From Candidatus Aenigmatarchaeota archaeon (GTDB lineage Archaea > EX4484-52): a stretch of 35,229 nucleotides of DNA. The translations under genes were made by a program, and so were the position numbers. A model generated the notes under the pieces. That model was not told where the DNA came from and ran no database searches. It saw only the letters and a program-made list of their open reading frames with translations. Below, in pieces: positions 1-10,044 of the stretch (its first letter is position 1; the number at the start of each line of letters is the position of its first letter). The stretch spans positions 1 through 35,229 of the forward strand of contig JAGLPV010000032.1 in the NCBI GenBank assembly GCA_023137195.1, read 5' to 3'.

Positions 1-57
1 ATTGATGCATTCCCTTGCATATCTCACAAGCAATTTGCCCTGTTCAAGCGTAAGCAT
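1..57 (-). CDS. 5' end of AMMECR1-domain (TIGR00296-like) protein, truncated by window edge
   Basis: Manual translation from ATG at 57: MLTLEQGKLLVRYARECIN, resembling the N-terminus of archaeal AMMECR1 proteins; not in ORF track. Confidence 0.65.
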   Translation of the reverse strand, partial: MLTLEQGKLLVRYARECIN

Positions 58-131
58 AGATATAAATTGTTAAAAAAGATATAAAAGCATTTAAAGTTGT
101 CGAAAGAAAATATTTTATTCAATTCTATCGT

Positions 132-204
132 GGGTCGGTAGTCTAGGGGTTATGACGTCGCCCTTACAAGGCGAAGGTCGGGAGTTCAAATCTCCCTCGA
201 CCCA
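132..204 (+). tRNA. tRNA-Val(TAC)
   Basis: Cloverleaf: acceptor GGGTCGG/TCGACCC, anticodon arm TCGCC-CTTACAA-GGCGA, T arm GGGAG-TTCAAAT-CTCCC; no encoded CCA. Confidence 0.97.
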
Positions 205-285
205 TTAAAAAGGAGTGAACAATGAAAGTTTCCTTACGGTGAGACTACTTTCAATGTTATAACCAAAGTTTTAACGAAAAGTACA

Positions 286-484
286 CCTTTGTTTATAACA
301 AAGGAATTTGCCCGATAAGAGCAAATTCCGCAGTGAACCCTTTATACTATAGAAAAGCGCGGTAACTTCGTAATCCCAGCGATTTTCATGGTGTTTTTTC
401 TGCACATGATTTTATATGACTGTAGAAAAAAGTCGTAAGCGTAAAAACCGCAGTGAACCTTTCCTTAATCTTCACACGCTTACG
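286..484. repeat. Intergenic cluster of hairpins with a 12-bp direct repeat
   Basis: IRs 286-293/297-304, 303-311/321-329, 394-404/421-431 (one G-U), 434-442/476-484; CCGCAGTGAACC at 328-339 and 448-459. Confidence 0.6.
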
Positions 485-603
485 CTTTTACCCCAAACAC
501 AACTTTAAATTTCATCATCAACAACCAAATTACCCTATTTGTTTTTTTACTCGAACATCAATTAGAAATATTTAATAATCTATTTTTTATATAATATAAT
601 AAT

Positions 604-3600
604 ATGAAATCAAAAAAATATTTCCTGTCTTTTTTAATCATTTTAGTATTTGGATATTTTATATGGGCAAGCCCGACTATAATATTCGTCGACCCAACAC
701 CCTCGAATAATAATCATACATCCCACAACTGGGTATACATAAATATCACCTCTGGTGAAGACCTGAATCTGTCTTTGGTAGAATGGGGCAATTCTTCAGG
801 ATTTACTAATATTTCAATGAGTAATTCTTCAACAACAAACTGGTATGTAAATATAACCGATTTGTCAGATTATGCATATAATTACACTATTTTTGCTCAA
901 AATGCATCAGGGAGTTGGAATCAAAGTTATATAAGATACATCGCGGTTGATGCAGTTTCACCATATTATATAGATGGTTGTACAATCCTTAACAAATCCA
1001 ACTCAAAATATTATCTTACTACAGACATCATAAATGCAACAACTTCAAATTATGGTTGTCTTGATTTTGAAGATGGTTATAATATTACTCTTGACTGCCA
1101 GAACCATATTGTTGACGGCATCCAGGCAGATGGTACTGCTGGAATTTCTATAGTCCGTTTTGTTTCCGAGACTACAAACAACACTGTAAATAACTGTTAC
1201 TTATCTGATTGGAAAGATTATAATATTTATATATCCCTGTCTAATGGAAATAGTTTCAATAACATCACATCAACATCTGCAAGGATAGTTGGTATTATGA
1301 TGAGCGGATCGGATTACAACAACTTTACAAATGTAATTTCTTCATATACTGATATCCAAAGCGGTATTTATGTTGCATCTTCTGATTTCAACCGGTTCGT
1401 AAATGTTACAGCTAACTCAAATCCTGTAGGGGGTGTTCAATTAGGTGCTAGTGCAGTCTCAAATGTTTTCATAAACAGCACTTTCAACTCTAATGGTTAT
1501 CATGGCATATATCCATCTTATTCTGATTCAAATAATTTTACAGGCTGCACAGCGAACTATAATGTCCAATATGGTGCTTATTTATCTCGTGATTCAGACA
1601 ATAACATCATAAGAGATTCCACTTTCACAGGAAACCTACTTGGGGGTCTATATTTTGACGAGCTTAGCGGTGATGATCCTGAAAATAATCTGATATATAA
1701 CAATTTTTTCAATAATTCCGGAACCTATGGAAATATCCGTGTAGACAATAATATAATAAATGATAATTACATGAATACTACTAAAAAAATAGATGTCAAT
1801 ATATACAATTCTCTAAATCCGTATATCGGTGGAAATTATTATACAAATTCGACTGGTGATGATTTTTCAGATATTTGTGTTGATAGTGATTATGATGGTT
1901 TCTGTGATATAATCTATAATCACACTGTAGGATCTTCTGTTGTTATCGACTATCTTCCTTTGAGTGATGAATACATAGAAGGCTGGCCTTCTCCAACAAT
2001 AACAATCCAGTCCCCACTTAATCAAACATACAACACAAGCATAATCTGGTTCAACGTAACCCTAAACGAGCCAGGATCCTGGTGTGGTTATTCTTTGGAT
2101 GGTACCTCAAACAAGACAATGACAAATTCTTCCGGGAACTGGAACGCACAAAATAGTTCTATGACTAAAGGTTCCCATAATGTAATATTCTATTGCAATG
2201 ATACAGCAGGCAACATGAATAAGACAACATCCAGATACTTTGTAGTTAATGCAAGTGGACCTTTAATTTCAATAAATTCTCCAACTGCACAATCATATTC
2301 AACAAATATTATTAATTTGAACATTTCAATTACTGAACCCACTCTTGGATATACATGGTTCAACATAAATGATGGCTTCAATGATACACTATACAGATAT
2401 ATGTACCCTTTCTTTAGAGACAGTCATACAGAATCTGAAAATAATTGGTCTGAAGAATATGGAAATGGAGAAGTAATAATAAATCATATGGCAGATACGT
2501 CTGAAAGATGGTATGGAAATTCAAGCATAGCTTCCGGATTTATAGATAAGGGTGCTCATTCAGCTCCTTCTATATTTGAAAAAGATTCCATCTGGTATTG
2601 TATCACTGGTGATGCAGAGGGAAGAATTTTTGGTTATCAGTTAAATCAAACAAATTCTAAGTGGTATGAGAACGCAAGTATAGTTGCAGGACTTTCGGAT
2701 ATCGGAGATGACTCCACTCCTAATGTTTTTCAAAAGAACTCTACATGGTATTTAATTATGGGTGAAAAATGGGGTGCCCATTATGGCTATAACTGGACTG
2801 GCTCAACGTGGCAAAGTGATTCGTGTATAGTATCCGGATTAATAGATAAGGGTGGTTATTCGACACCAACAGTATATGAAAAAGATTCTAAATGGTATCT
2901 CATTTCAGGAGAGGTGGATGGTTTGTTTTATGGTTACCAATGGAATGAAACGAATTCAAGCTGGTATGAAAATACAAGTATAGTATCTGGACTTGTAGAT
3001 GTTGGCTCATTATCGTCACCAGTGGTATTTGAAAAAGACTCTGAATGGTATATGATTGCCGGTGAGAGTCATACAACATATAATGGTTACCAATGGAATG
3101 AAACGAATTCAAGCTGGTATGAAAATACAGGCATAATTTCAGGTATTGTCAGTAGTGGCTATTCAAAGCCCTCTGTTTATCTGAAAGATTCTATCCATTA
3201 TTTAATTCACGGAGTGATTTATGGTGGTCATTATGGTTTTCAATGGAATGTTCCAAATGATGAGATAACTCCTGTTGTGGGGGATTATTTTATAGGATTA
3301 AATAGAACCGGCTTAGGCACAATGGATTTAGTATATCACAAGTCTTATGATTTAAACTTAAATGCATCAAATTCAGAATTTATTGAATTTTGGTGGTATT
3401 CCACTGATGTTAGTGGGGATGATTATGGTGATGATTATATTTTACAAATATTCCTTTATACAACAAATAGTAGTAACTATTATAGAGAATCAAACAATAT
3501 AGGAGAAGATAACAATAATCCGAGAACTTGGAATCTTGCTCGTATAAACATATCTGCAATGACTACGACGGGAAGTCCATCTTTGGAAGATATAGATAGA

Positions 3601-4785
3601 ATTGACTTTAACATAAATCCCGAAATAGGTATGCTTACTGTTGGTTCTAAATTTGTTATAGATAATTTAAGATTTGTCGGAGTGCACAATCATTCTGAAT
3701 TTAATTTAAATCTAAGTCTTGCAGATGACACTTACAACATTTCAGTTTATTCTAATGATACATTAGGCAATATGAACTCGGAGTCTATAACATTTAAAGT
3801 TGATACAATAATGCATATAATATCAATCCTGTCTCCGACAAACCAAACCACTCTACCAGCAGGAACAACCCAAGCAACAATAAGCATAACAACAGATGAA
3901 AACGCCACATGCAGGTATTCTCCAAACGCATCTTTCAATTACTTAAATGGCACTAATTTTACGACAACAGGAGAGATGAATCATTCCTTTATCTATTCGG
4001 GATTATCTGATGGAAATTCCTATAATTTATATTACAAGTGCAATGACACTGCCGGAAATATAAACAACCACTCGACACATCATTATTTCGCTGTGGCTTC
4101 TGCCAGCAGCAGTTCCTCTTCTTCATCGAGTGGAGGAAGTTCTTCGTCTTCTTCATCAGGTGGTGTTGTAATTCCTCCAAAAGAATGTACTGTTGATAAC
4201 AATTGTTCATCAGACAAATATTGCCTGAAAGAGAAGTGTGTCCAAGTTAAATGCAAATGCGGAGTAATAGCAGCTCATAAATGTCTGGAATACGAATGTT
4301 GTTCAGATGATGATTGTGGAAACGAAGAAATATGCCAAGACAATATATGCACATCCGGTATTGAAAATGAAACAGCAAACGAGTCAATGACAAGTTCCGA
4401 TATAAAGGCGGAAGTATTGAACTTAATCGAAGAAACACAAGAAGCAATGAACGACGTAGAGAAATTATTAAACGATGTAGATGAAACAGGAAACATGACT
4501 CTTATAAAGGGAAAACTTGCAGAAGCGATTATATTGTACGAGAAAGAAAAATATGAAGAGTCAAAAGAAGTGCTATTTGAAGCAAGAGAGTTGATTAATA
4601 ATGCGCAGCTATTGGCGGAAAAAATGCAGAGAAACAGAATGGACTTCTATTTACTGTTTTGTAGTGCAAGTATTGCTTTTATTTTTATTATTATAATGAT
4701 TATCAAGAAAAAAATATCCGGTAAAAAATATAACGACGGTCTACTTGCCGACTTCTTTGGATTAAATAAACAAAATGAAGAATAG
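604..4785 (+). CDS. Large membrane-anchored surface glycoprotein (beta-helix/NosD-like, Ig-like modules, ~51-aa repeats, Ser linker, Cys-rich domain, helical stalk, C-terminal TM)
   Basis: Signal peptide; parallel beta-helix repeats; repeated P-x-I-x-I-x-SP...NDTxGN Ig modules; many NxS/T sequons; poly-Ser; C-terminal hydrophobic helix followed by KKK. Confidence 0.85.
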   Translation: MKSKKYFLSFLIILVFGYFIWASPTIIFVDPTPSNNNHTSHNWVYINITSGEDLNLSLVEWGNSSGFTNISMSNSSTTNWYVNITDLSDYAYNYTIFAQNASGSWNQSYIRYIAVDAVSPYYIDGCTILNKSNSKYYLTTDIINATTSNYGCLDFEDGYNITLDCQNHIVDGIQADGTAGISIVRFVSETTNNTVNNCYLSDWKDYNIYISLSNGNSFNNITSTSARIVGIMMSGSDYNNFTNVISSYTDIQSGIYVASSDFNRFVNVTANSNPVGGVQLGASAVSNVFINSTFNSNGYHGIYPSYSDSNNFTGCTANYNVQYGAYLSRDSDNNIIRDSTFTGNLLGGLYFDELSGDDPENNLIYNNFFNNSGTYGNIRVDNNIINDNYMNTTKKIDVNIYNSLNPYIGGNYYTNSTGDDFSDICVDSDYDGFCDIIYNHTVGSSVVIDYLPLSDEYIEGWPSPTITIQSPLNQTYNTSIIWFNVTLNEPGSWCGYSLDGTSNKTMTNSSGNWNAQNSSMTKGSHNVIFYCNDTAGNMNKTTSRYFVVNASGPLISINSPTAQSYSTNIINLNISITEPTLGYTWFNINDGFNDTLYRYMYPFFRDSHTESENNWSEEYGNGEVIINHMADTSERWYGNSSIASGFIDKGAHSAPSIFEKDSIWYCITGDAEGRIFGYQLNQTNSKWYENASIVAGLSDIGDDSTPNVFQKNSTWYLIMGEKWGAHYGYNWTGSTWQSDSCIVSGLIDKGGYSTPTVYEKDSKWYLISGEVDGLFYGYQWNETNSSWYENTSIVSGLVDVGSLSSPVVFEKDSEWYMIAGESHTTYNGYQWNETNSSWYENTGIISGIVSSGYSKPSVYLKDSIHYLIHGVIYGGHYGFQWNVPNDEITPVVGDYFIGLNRTGLGTMDLVYHKSYDLNLNASNSEFIEFWWYSTDVSGDDYGDDYILQIFLYTTNSSNYYRESNNIGEDNNNPRTWNLARINISAMTTTGSPSLEDIDRIDFNINPEIGMLTVGSKFVIDNLRFVGVHNHSEFNLNLSLADDTYNISVYSNDTLGNMNSESITFKVDTIMHIISILSPTNQTTLPAGTTQATISITTDENATCRYSPNASFNYLNGTNFTTTGEMNHSFIYSGLSDGNSYNLYYKCNDTAGNINNHSTHHYFAVASASSSSSSSSSGGSSSSSSSGGVVIPPKECTVDNNCSSDKYCLKEKCVQVKCKCGVIAAHKCLEYECCSDDDCGNEEICQDNICTSGIENETANESMTSSDIKAEVLNLIEETQEAMNDVEKLLNDVDETGNMTLIKGKLAEAIILYEKEKYEESKEVLFEARELINNAQLLAEKMQRNRMDFYLLFCSASIAFIFIIIMIIKKKISGKKYNDGLLADFFGLNKQNEE
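2930..3129 (+). repeat. 47-bp exact direct repeat (2930-2976, 3083-3129) within the intragenic ~51-aa repeat array
   Basis: ATGGTTACCAATGGAATGAAACGAATTCAAGCTGGTATGAAAATACA occurs twice, 153 bp apart. Confidence 0.9.
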
Positions 4786-4865
4786 AATTGAGATGTTTTT
4801 GACTTTTATAAAAGAAGAACAGATTAGTTTGCAATACTTTAAATAATTTTACTCGAAATCATAAC

Positions 4866-5384
4866 ATGCCCTTAGCAGTAACCCACGTAATATTAACAAT
4901 AATTATAGTTGACCTATATAGGGATTATTTTTTGAAAAACAAAGAACATTTCACTCTCCATACTGTTATGATTGCAGGCATAGGCGGTATTCTCCCGGAC
5001 ATAGACATTCCCCTTAGCAAACTCCTCGCCGTGTTTAATTACTTTCCCGGTTGGCTCCAGCATGGAGGCATAACCCACACAATTTTCTTCGGCATAATCT
5101 TCTTAATCCCTGCCCTTTACTTCTGGAAAAAACAAGACAAGACAAAAGCAACCTATTTTTTCGCAATAACATTCGGGATTCTGTTCCACATATTCCTTGA
5201 CTTCCTTTTGGGCGGCGGAAGATGGGAAGGAATAATGTTTTTCTGGCCAATCCTGGATCAGTCTTATAAAATCCATTTATTGCAGAATTTCGGCAGGGAT
5301 ATTTTCCTGTCTCTTGATGCAGTAATCCTTCTATTGTGGCTTTATCACGAGGAAGTGAAACATAAAATCAGTGATTTTATATAA
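4866..5384 (+). CDS. Membrane-bound metal-dependent hydrolase (YdjM-like)
   Basis: N-terminal TH, LPDID, HGGITHT and HIFLD motifs with TM helices. Confidence 0.85.
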   Translation: MPLAVTHVILTIIIVDLYRDYFLKNKEHFTLHTVMIAGIGGILPDIDIPLSKLLAVFNYFPGWLQHGGITHTIFFGIIFLIPALYFWKKQDKTKATYFFAITFGILFHIFLDFLLGGGRWEGIMFFWPILDQSYKIHLLQNFGRDIFLSLDAVILLLWLYHEEVKHKISDFI

Positions 5385-5415
5385 ATGTTTTTAAACAATT
5401 CCTCATTAACAGATT

Positions 5416-6348
5416 ATGGTAAAATGCTCTTTTTGTGACTCAAAGGCGATACTTGTGCGAAAATATGAAGGAATTGCCCTTTGCCAAAAACATTTCCTCC
5501 GTTCAGTTGAAAAAAAAATAAGAAAAACCATTCGCGTAAATAAACTGATAAAAAGAGGGGATGTGATTGCCCTTGGGCTGTCAGGCGGCAAGGATTCGAG
5601 TTTGCTTTGCTGGTTTTTGTCAACCATACGAAAAAGATACAGCATAAATATTGTTGCAATAACAGTAGACGAGGGTATTGGAAAATACAGAGAAAAAAAC
5701 ATAAAATGCGCAAAAGAACTCGCCAAAAAATATGGAATAGAACATCATGTTTTTTCTTTTAAAGAAGAGGTCGGGTTGAGACTTGAAGAGATAATGAAAA
5801 ATAAAGCAATAATTGAACAATGTATGAGTGCGTGTTCTGTCTGCTCTGTATTGCGGAGATATATATTAAATAAAAAAGCAAGAGAACTTGGGGCAAATAA
5901 GCTTGCAATTGCTCATAATCTGGATGATGAGAGCCAGAGTATTTTTATAAGCTATATCCGCGGAGATATACCTCGTGCTTTGCGCCTCGGACCGATTTCA
6001 CCTGAAAACGATAAATCAAAATTCATAAGAAGGATTAAGCCCCTTCTGGATATTCCTGAAAAAGAGACAGCTCTTTTTTCCATGCTAAAAAATTTTAAAC
6101 TGGTTTCCGGCGAGTGTCCGAATGCAAAATTTAGTTTCCGGTGGAAAGTCAGGGATATTATCCTGGGATTGGAACAGACTTCTCCGGGGACAAGATATTC
6201 GATAATAAAGAATTTTGAAAAAATAAGAGGGGTTTTGATTAAGGCACAGAAGAGCAAAACCAAACCATTGGTGTGCAAAATGTGCGGGGAGCCAACAAGC
6301 AAGGAGTATTGCAAATATTGCCAGATTATAAAATTAATAGGGAATTAA
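5416..6348 (+). CDS. ncsA: tRNA 2-thiolation protein, NcsA/Ctu1/TtuA family (TIGR00269)
   Basis: N-terminal CxxC...CxxH Zn finger, PP-loop SGGKDS, CxxC, AHNLDD, CP, C-terminal CxxC/CxxC. Confidence 0.9.
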   Translation: MVKCSFCDSKAILVRKYEGIALCQKHFLRSVEKKIRKTIRVNKLIKRGDVIALGLSGGKDSSLLCWFLSTIRKRYSINIVAITVDEGIGKYREKNIKCAKELAKKYGIEHHVFSFKEEVGLRLEEIMKNKAIIEQCMSACSVCSVLRRYILNKKARELGANKLAIAHNLDDESQSIFISYIRGDIPRALRLGPISPENDKSKFIRRIKPLLDIPEKETALFSMLKNFKLVSGECPNAKFSFRWKVRDIILGLEQTSPGTRYSIIKNFEKIRGVLIKAQKSKTKPLVCKMCGEPTSKEYCKYCQIIKLIGN

Positions 6349-6397
6349 CCATAGCTTTTTATAATTAATTAATAGGCAATAATTAAGCGATTTTATT

Positions 6398-6685
6398 ATG
6401 GCAGCAATAGAAACATACAAAAGAGGATATCATTCTACAGGGCGAGGACATCAGTCTACAGTAGTCTGTGGTTTCTGCGGAAAAATAGTTCCAAGATACA
6501 AATGTTTTATTGTATTTCGTGGATTCAGTATGGAAGCTGCAATAGTAAAAGAAATAGGCTCAAAAAATATCATCTCTAACAGGACAAAGGTTTATGTTTG
6601 TCCTGCATGTGCACGTAGTAGAGGAATAGTCCAGAAGAAAAATGAAGAAGGACTAAAGGTAAGCAAAAGGAGAAGGAGAAAATAA
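6398..6685 (+). CDS. rps26e: Ribosomal protein eS26
   Basis: GRGH...VxCxxCGKxVPRxK...YVCPACAxxRGIV pattern; basic 95-aa protein. Confidence 0.85.
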   Translation: MAAIETYKRGYHSTGRGHQSTVVCGFCGKIVPRYKCFIVFRGFSMEAAIVKEIGSKNIISNRTKVYVCPACARSRGIVQKKNEEGLKVSKRRRRK

Positions 6686-6740
6686 ACTTTTTTGTAGTAA
6701 TTATCCAAATCTATATATAAATTAACATATTATAGACTAT

Positions 6741-7679
6741 ATGAAATGCATATTTACTTTAATTATCATATTGATTTTATTTCCATCGTTTGTTTTTTCT
6801 TTAAATCAGACAAATGCGGATAATGAGACATTGAATCAATCTTTGACCATATCTCCCTTAGACATATCTCTGTCTGATTTGAAAATCGCTTATGAAAATG
6901 ATATTGTCATGATAACTATTTTTATTGAGAACGAGAACGAAGATTATGTTACAGTAAGCCCGGATATTGTATTTAAAAAAAAAAACTCTCTGTCTAATAT
7001 CCGCATGGAGGAGACTTATGAATACATTCTCGTGCCAAAAAAAACAACGCATGTTATTTTGAAATTCAAGAGCAATGTATTCTCGGACGGAATATATGAT
7101 GTTGAACTCAAATTAAAGGCAGAAGAAGAGATGATTACTGAAAAAGAATACATTCTGAGAGTCAACGGCACATACTTTATTTTGTCTGATAAAACAGATG
7201 ATGATGAGAAAAACACATCAACATCTGATTCTCTTTTTGCCAAAGCAGGATATTTTTTAGACAATTACGGGATTTATTTAATTGCAGTATTATTGATTGC
7301 TTTTGCCGGCAAATACATGAAGAGATTGAATTATGGCAGAGTTAAAAACATTATTCCAAAAAACATAAAAAGGACTAAAATGACATCTTTGCCTCAAAGA
7401 CAAGAGCCGGTTGATGTTATGCAAGAGCCGGTGCCAAAGAAAACCAGGACTGATTTTTCATCAAACAAGGCAAGGCGACAGATGCATGAACTGGATGAGT
7501 TGAAGTTAAAGGGATGGATTGATGAGAAAAAATACATTTCGCTGAGAAAGAAAATACTCTCTGTTGCAGATGTTAAAGGAACAATGCATGTGGGGGCAAA
7601 AAACAATGAAGAAACTCCCGGCAGGGAGAGTGGTGTTAAAATAGACAAACCATCCAACCCGGAGACATTAGGGCATTAA
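6741..7679 (+). CDS. Hypothetical single-pass membrane protein (extracellular beta-sandwich, cytoplasmic SHOCT-like motif)
   Basis: Signal peptide, beta-rich domain, TM YGIYLIAVLLIAFAG, LDELKLKGWIDEKKYISLRKKIL. Confidence 0.7.
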   Translation: MKCIFTLIIILILFPSFVFSLNQTNADNETLNQSLTISPLDISLSDLKIAYENDIVMITIFIENENEDYVTVSPDIVFKKKNSLSNIRMEETYEYILVPKKTTHVILKFKSNVFSDGIYDVELKLKAEEEMITEKEYILRVNGTYFILSDKTDDDEKNTSTSDSLFAKAGYFLDNYGIYLIAVLLIAFAGKYMKRLNYGRVKNIIPKNIKRTKMTSLPQRQEPVDVMQEPVPKKTRTDFSSNKARRQMHELDELKLKGWIDEKKYISLRKKILSVADVKGTMHVGAKNNEETPGRESGVKIDKPSNPETLGH

Positions 7680-7689
7680 AGAGACAATT

Positions 7690-9399
7690 ATGAAACTAAA
7701 TTTTTTAGATATGTTTAAGCCATATAAAAAAGATATAATAATATCTTTATTGCTTATTTTTTTGTTTGAAGCGATTAATTTGGTCAATCCTTTGATTTTC
7801 AAGGAGCTCATTGATTTGCTTATTTTGTTTGACAATACTAAATTAAACAAGATGATTCTGCTTGCAGGAGTAATGTTTGGAATACATGTGACGGCATCTA
7901 TTTTTTATTACTTTGAATCAAAATACATCTTTAAATCAATCTATAAGATTGAAAAGGAGATAAAGGAAAAAGTCCACAGGAAACTCCTGACGCTTCCTAT
8001 TTCTTATCATGAAAAGAGGAATATCGGCGGCGAGATATCAAAAATTCAAAGAGGGATGGACAGGATGATAGAGTTGTTCTATTCTATGCTTTTTGACTTT
8101 TTTCCTGTCTGTTTCAAGATAATTGTATCTACTATAATATTGTTGTCTGTCAATTTAAAGTTGGCAGCTATTTTTGTTTTTTTCATTCCCCTGTTTGTAT
8201 TTATCAGCTATCAGCATGACAGGAAATTGCAGCCCCTGCGGAAAAAAATCAATACAATGGATGAGGAGACTTATGCAAAAATGGGAGAGAATGTTGAAAA
8301 CATAAGGACTGTACAGTCGTTTTCACAGGAGAACAGGGAAATAGAAGAGTTTGAGATTATGCAGAGGTCCTTATTTGAGACAGCGAAATTTCGCATAAAT
8401 CTGTTCTTAAAGCACAATTTCTTCAGGAATATGATATTGAATTTCGGGAGGATTTTCTGTCTTGCTTATGGATTGTATTTGGCTCATCTTGGGCAAATCA
8501 GCCCTGGCAGTTTTGTGATGTTTTTGACAATTTCAGAGACCGTGTATTTGTCTTTGTACCATTTTTCCCGTTCAATCAACAACATCAGCGATAATGCAGA
8601 ATCAGTCCGGAGGATAAACGCGCTCCTGAAAGAAGATATGAAGATAAAGCAGATTGCCCGACCTATTAAAAGAAAATTGGATGGTATGGTGGATTTTAGG
8701 GATGTGTCTTTTTCTTATTCTTCCAAAAGTCCTGTTTTGAAAGACATTAGTTTTGTAGCTGAAAAGGGCAAGACTTTGGCGATTGTAGGTCCTTCGGGAG
8801 GGGGAAAATCAACAATAATCAAATTATTGTATCGTCATTTTGATGCAGGCAAAGGCAAAATTCTTGTTGACGGGATAGATATAACCTATTATAATCTTGT
8901 CAATTTCCGGTGGCAGATGGCAATTGTTCCACAGGAAGTAGAATTGTTTAATACAACAATAAAGAATAATATTTCTTATTCAAAGCCGATGGTAAGCGAT
9001 GAGCAAATCATAGATGCCGCAAAGATGAGTCATGTCCACGAATTTGTAAAAAACATGCCTAAAGGATATGACACTCTTGTGGGTGAAAAAGGGCTGAAAT
9101 TATCCGGCGGTCAGAGGCAGAGAATCGGCATTGCAAGAGCCCTGATAGTTGAGCCTGCGATACTTGTATTTGATGAGGCGACCAGTTCATTGGATAGTGT
9201 CTCTGAAAAAGCGATTCAAAGAGCAATAAAAGATATTTCCGGCAAATGCACAATGATAATTATAGCCCATCGCCTGAGCACAATAAAAAATGCAGATAAG
9301 ATAATTGTTATCGATGACGGGAGAATAGTTGAAGAAGGCAATCATAAAACACTGTCTGCAAAAAAAGACAGCCTTTACAATAAATTATATAAAGGGTAG
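7690..9399 (+). CDS. ABC exporter, fused permease/ATPase (MsbA-like)
   Basis: N-terminal TM domain, Walker A GPSGGGKST, LSGGQRQR, FDEATSSLD, IAHRLST. Confidence 0.95.
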   Translation: MKLNFLDMFKPYKKDIIISLLLIFLFEAINLVNPLIFKELIDLLILFDNTKLNKMILLAGVMFGIHVTASIFYYFESKYIFKSIYKIEKEIKEKVHRKLLTLPISYHEKRNIGGEISKIQRGMDRMIELFYSMLFDFFPVCFKIIVSTIILLSVNLKLAAIFVFFIPLFVFISYQHDRKLQPLRKKINTMDEETYAKMGENVENIRTVQSFSQENREIEEFEIMQRSLFETAKFRINLFLKHNFFRNMILNFGRIFCLAYGLYLAHLGQISPGSFVMFLTISETVYLSLYHFSRSINNISDNAESVRRINALLKEDMKIKQIARPIKRKLDGMVDFRDVSFSYSSKSPVLKDISFVAEKGKTLAIVGPSGGGKSTIIKLLYRHFDAGKGKILVDGIDITYYNLVNFRWQMAIVPQEVELFNTTIKNNISYSKPMVSDEQIIDAAKMSHVHEFVKNMPKGYDTLVGEKGLKLSGGQRQRIGIARALIVEPAILVFDEATSSLDSVSEKAIQRAIKDISGKCTMIIIAHRLSTIKNADKIIVIDDGRIVEEGNHKTLSAKKDSLYNKLYKG

Positions 9400-9423
9400 G
9401 AGCATAATTAATTTGGAGGGAAT

Positions 9424-9816
9424 ATGTATAAAATTAAATTAAATACAGGAGCAAAGCAGGAATTAATCAATGTAACGGAGAGGGTTGAGCGAATTGTCTC
9501 TTCGTCAGGCACGAAAGAGGGTTTGTGTTGCGTGTATGTCCCGCATACAACAGCAGGACTGATAATCAATGAAAGCGCAGACCCTTCTGTTGCAGAGGAC
9601 ATCCTGTATTGTCTGTCAAAACTCGTAAAGGAAGATTCTGCATTCCGTCACGCAGAAGGGAATTCAACTGCACATATTAAATCCACTCTTGTGGGACCAT
9701 CAAAACAGGTATTTGTCCGGGACAATAAACTGGTGCTGGGGACATGGCAGGGTATTTTTTTTGCAGAATTTGACGGTCCAAGGAATAGTAGGGAGATTTG
9801 GGTGGATGTGAGATAA
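9424..9816 (+). CDS. yjbQ: YjbQ/UPF0047 family protein
   Basis: HTTAGLIINE, HAEGNSTAHIKS, LGTWQGIFFAEFDGPR; GGAGG RBS upstream. Confidence 0.93.
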   Translation: MYKIKLNTGAKQELINVTERVERIVSSSGTKEGLCCVYVPHTTAGLIINESADPSVAEDILYCLSKLVKEDSAFRHAEGNSTAHIKSTLVGPSKQVFVRDNKLVLGTWQGIFFAEFDGPRNSREIWVDVR

Positions 9817-9874
9817 GTCTCACCAAAATAGAATTTATGTATTTGTTTAGCTAATGTATTGTAGCGAATAGTGA

Positions 9875-9979
9875 AAATCCACAGAACTGTTGAAATCCAC
9901 AAGATTCTTGGCGATAACACAAGATAACCCAGTTTGAATTTATCTTCAAATCTCGTCTAATCTGTGTTAATCTGTGGAT
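9875..9979. repeat. Degenerate palindromic element of CCACAGATTAACACAGATTA type between convergent genes
   Basis: TAATCTGTGTTAATCTGTGGAT at ~9958-9979 faces AAATCCACAG, AAATCCACAAGAT and AACACAAGAT copies upstream. Confidence 0.5.
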
Positions 9980-10044
9980 AAACTCAATTTCCTCTAAGTT
10001 CTATGAATTAATCGTGTGGTTTTCTAAACAAGTACGAATTTATC

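Noticed and set aside
2930-3129. Diversity-generating retroelement TR/VR pair
   Set aside because: Copies are identical, in-frame parts of a protein repeat, with no adenine-specific mismatches and no reverse transcriptase
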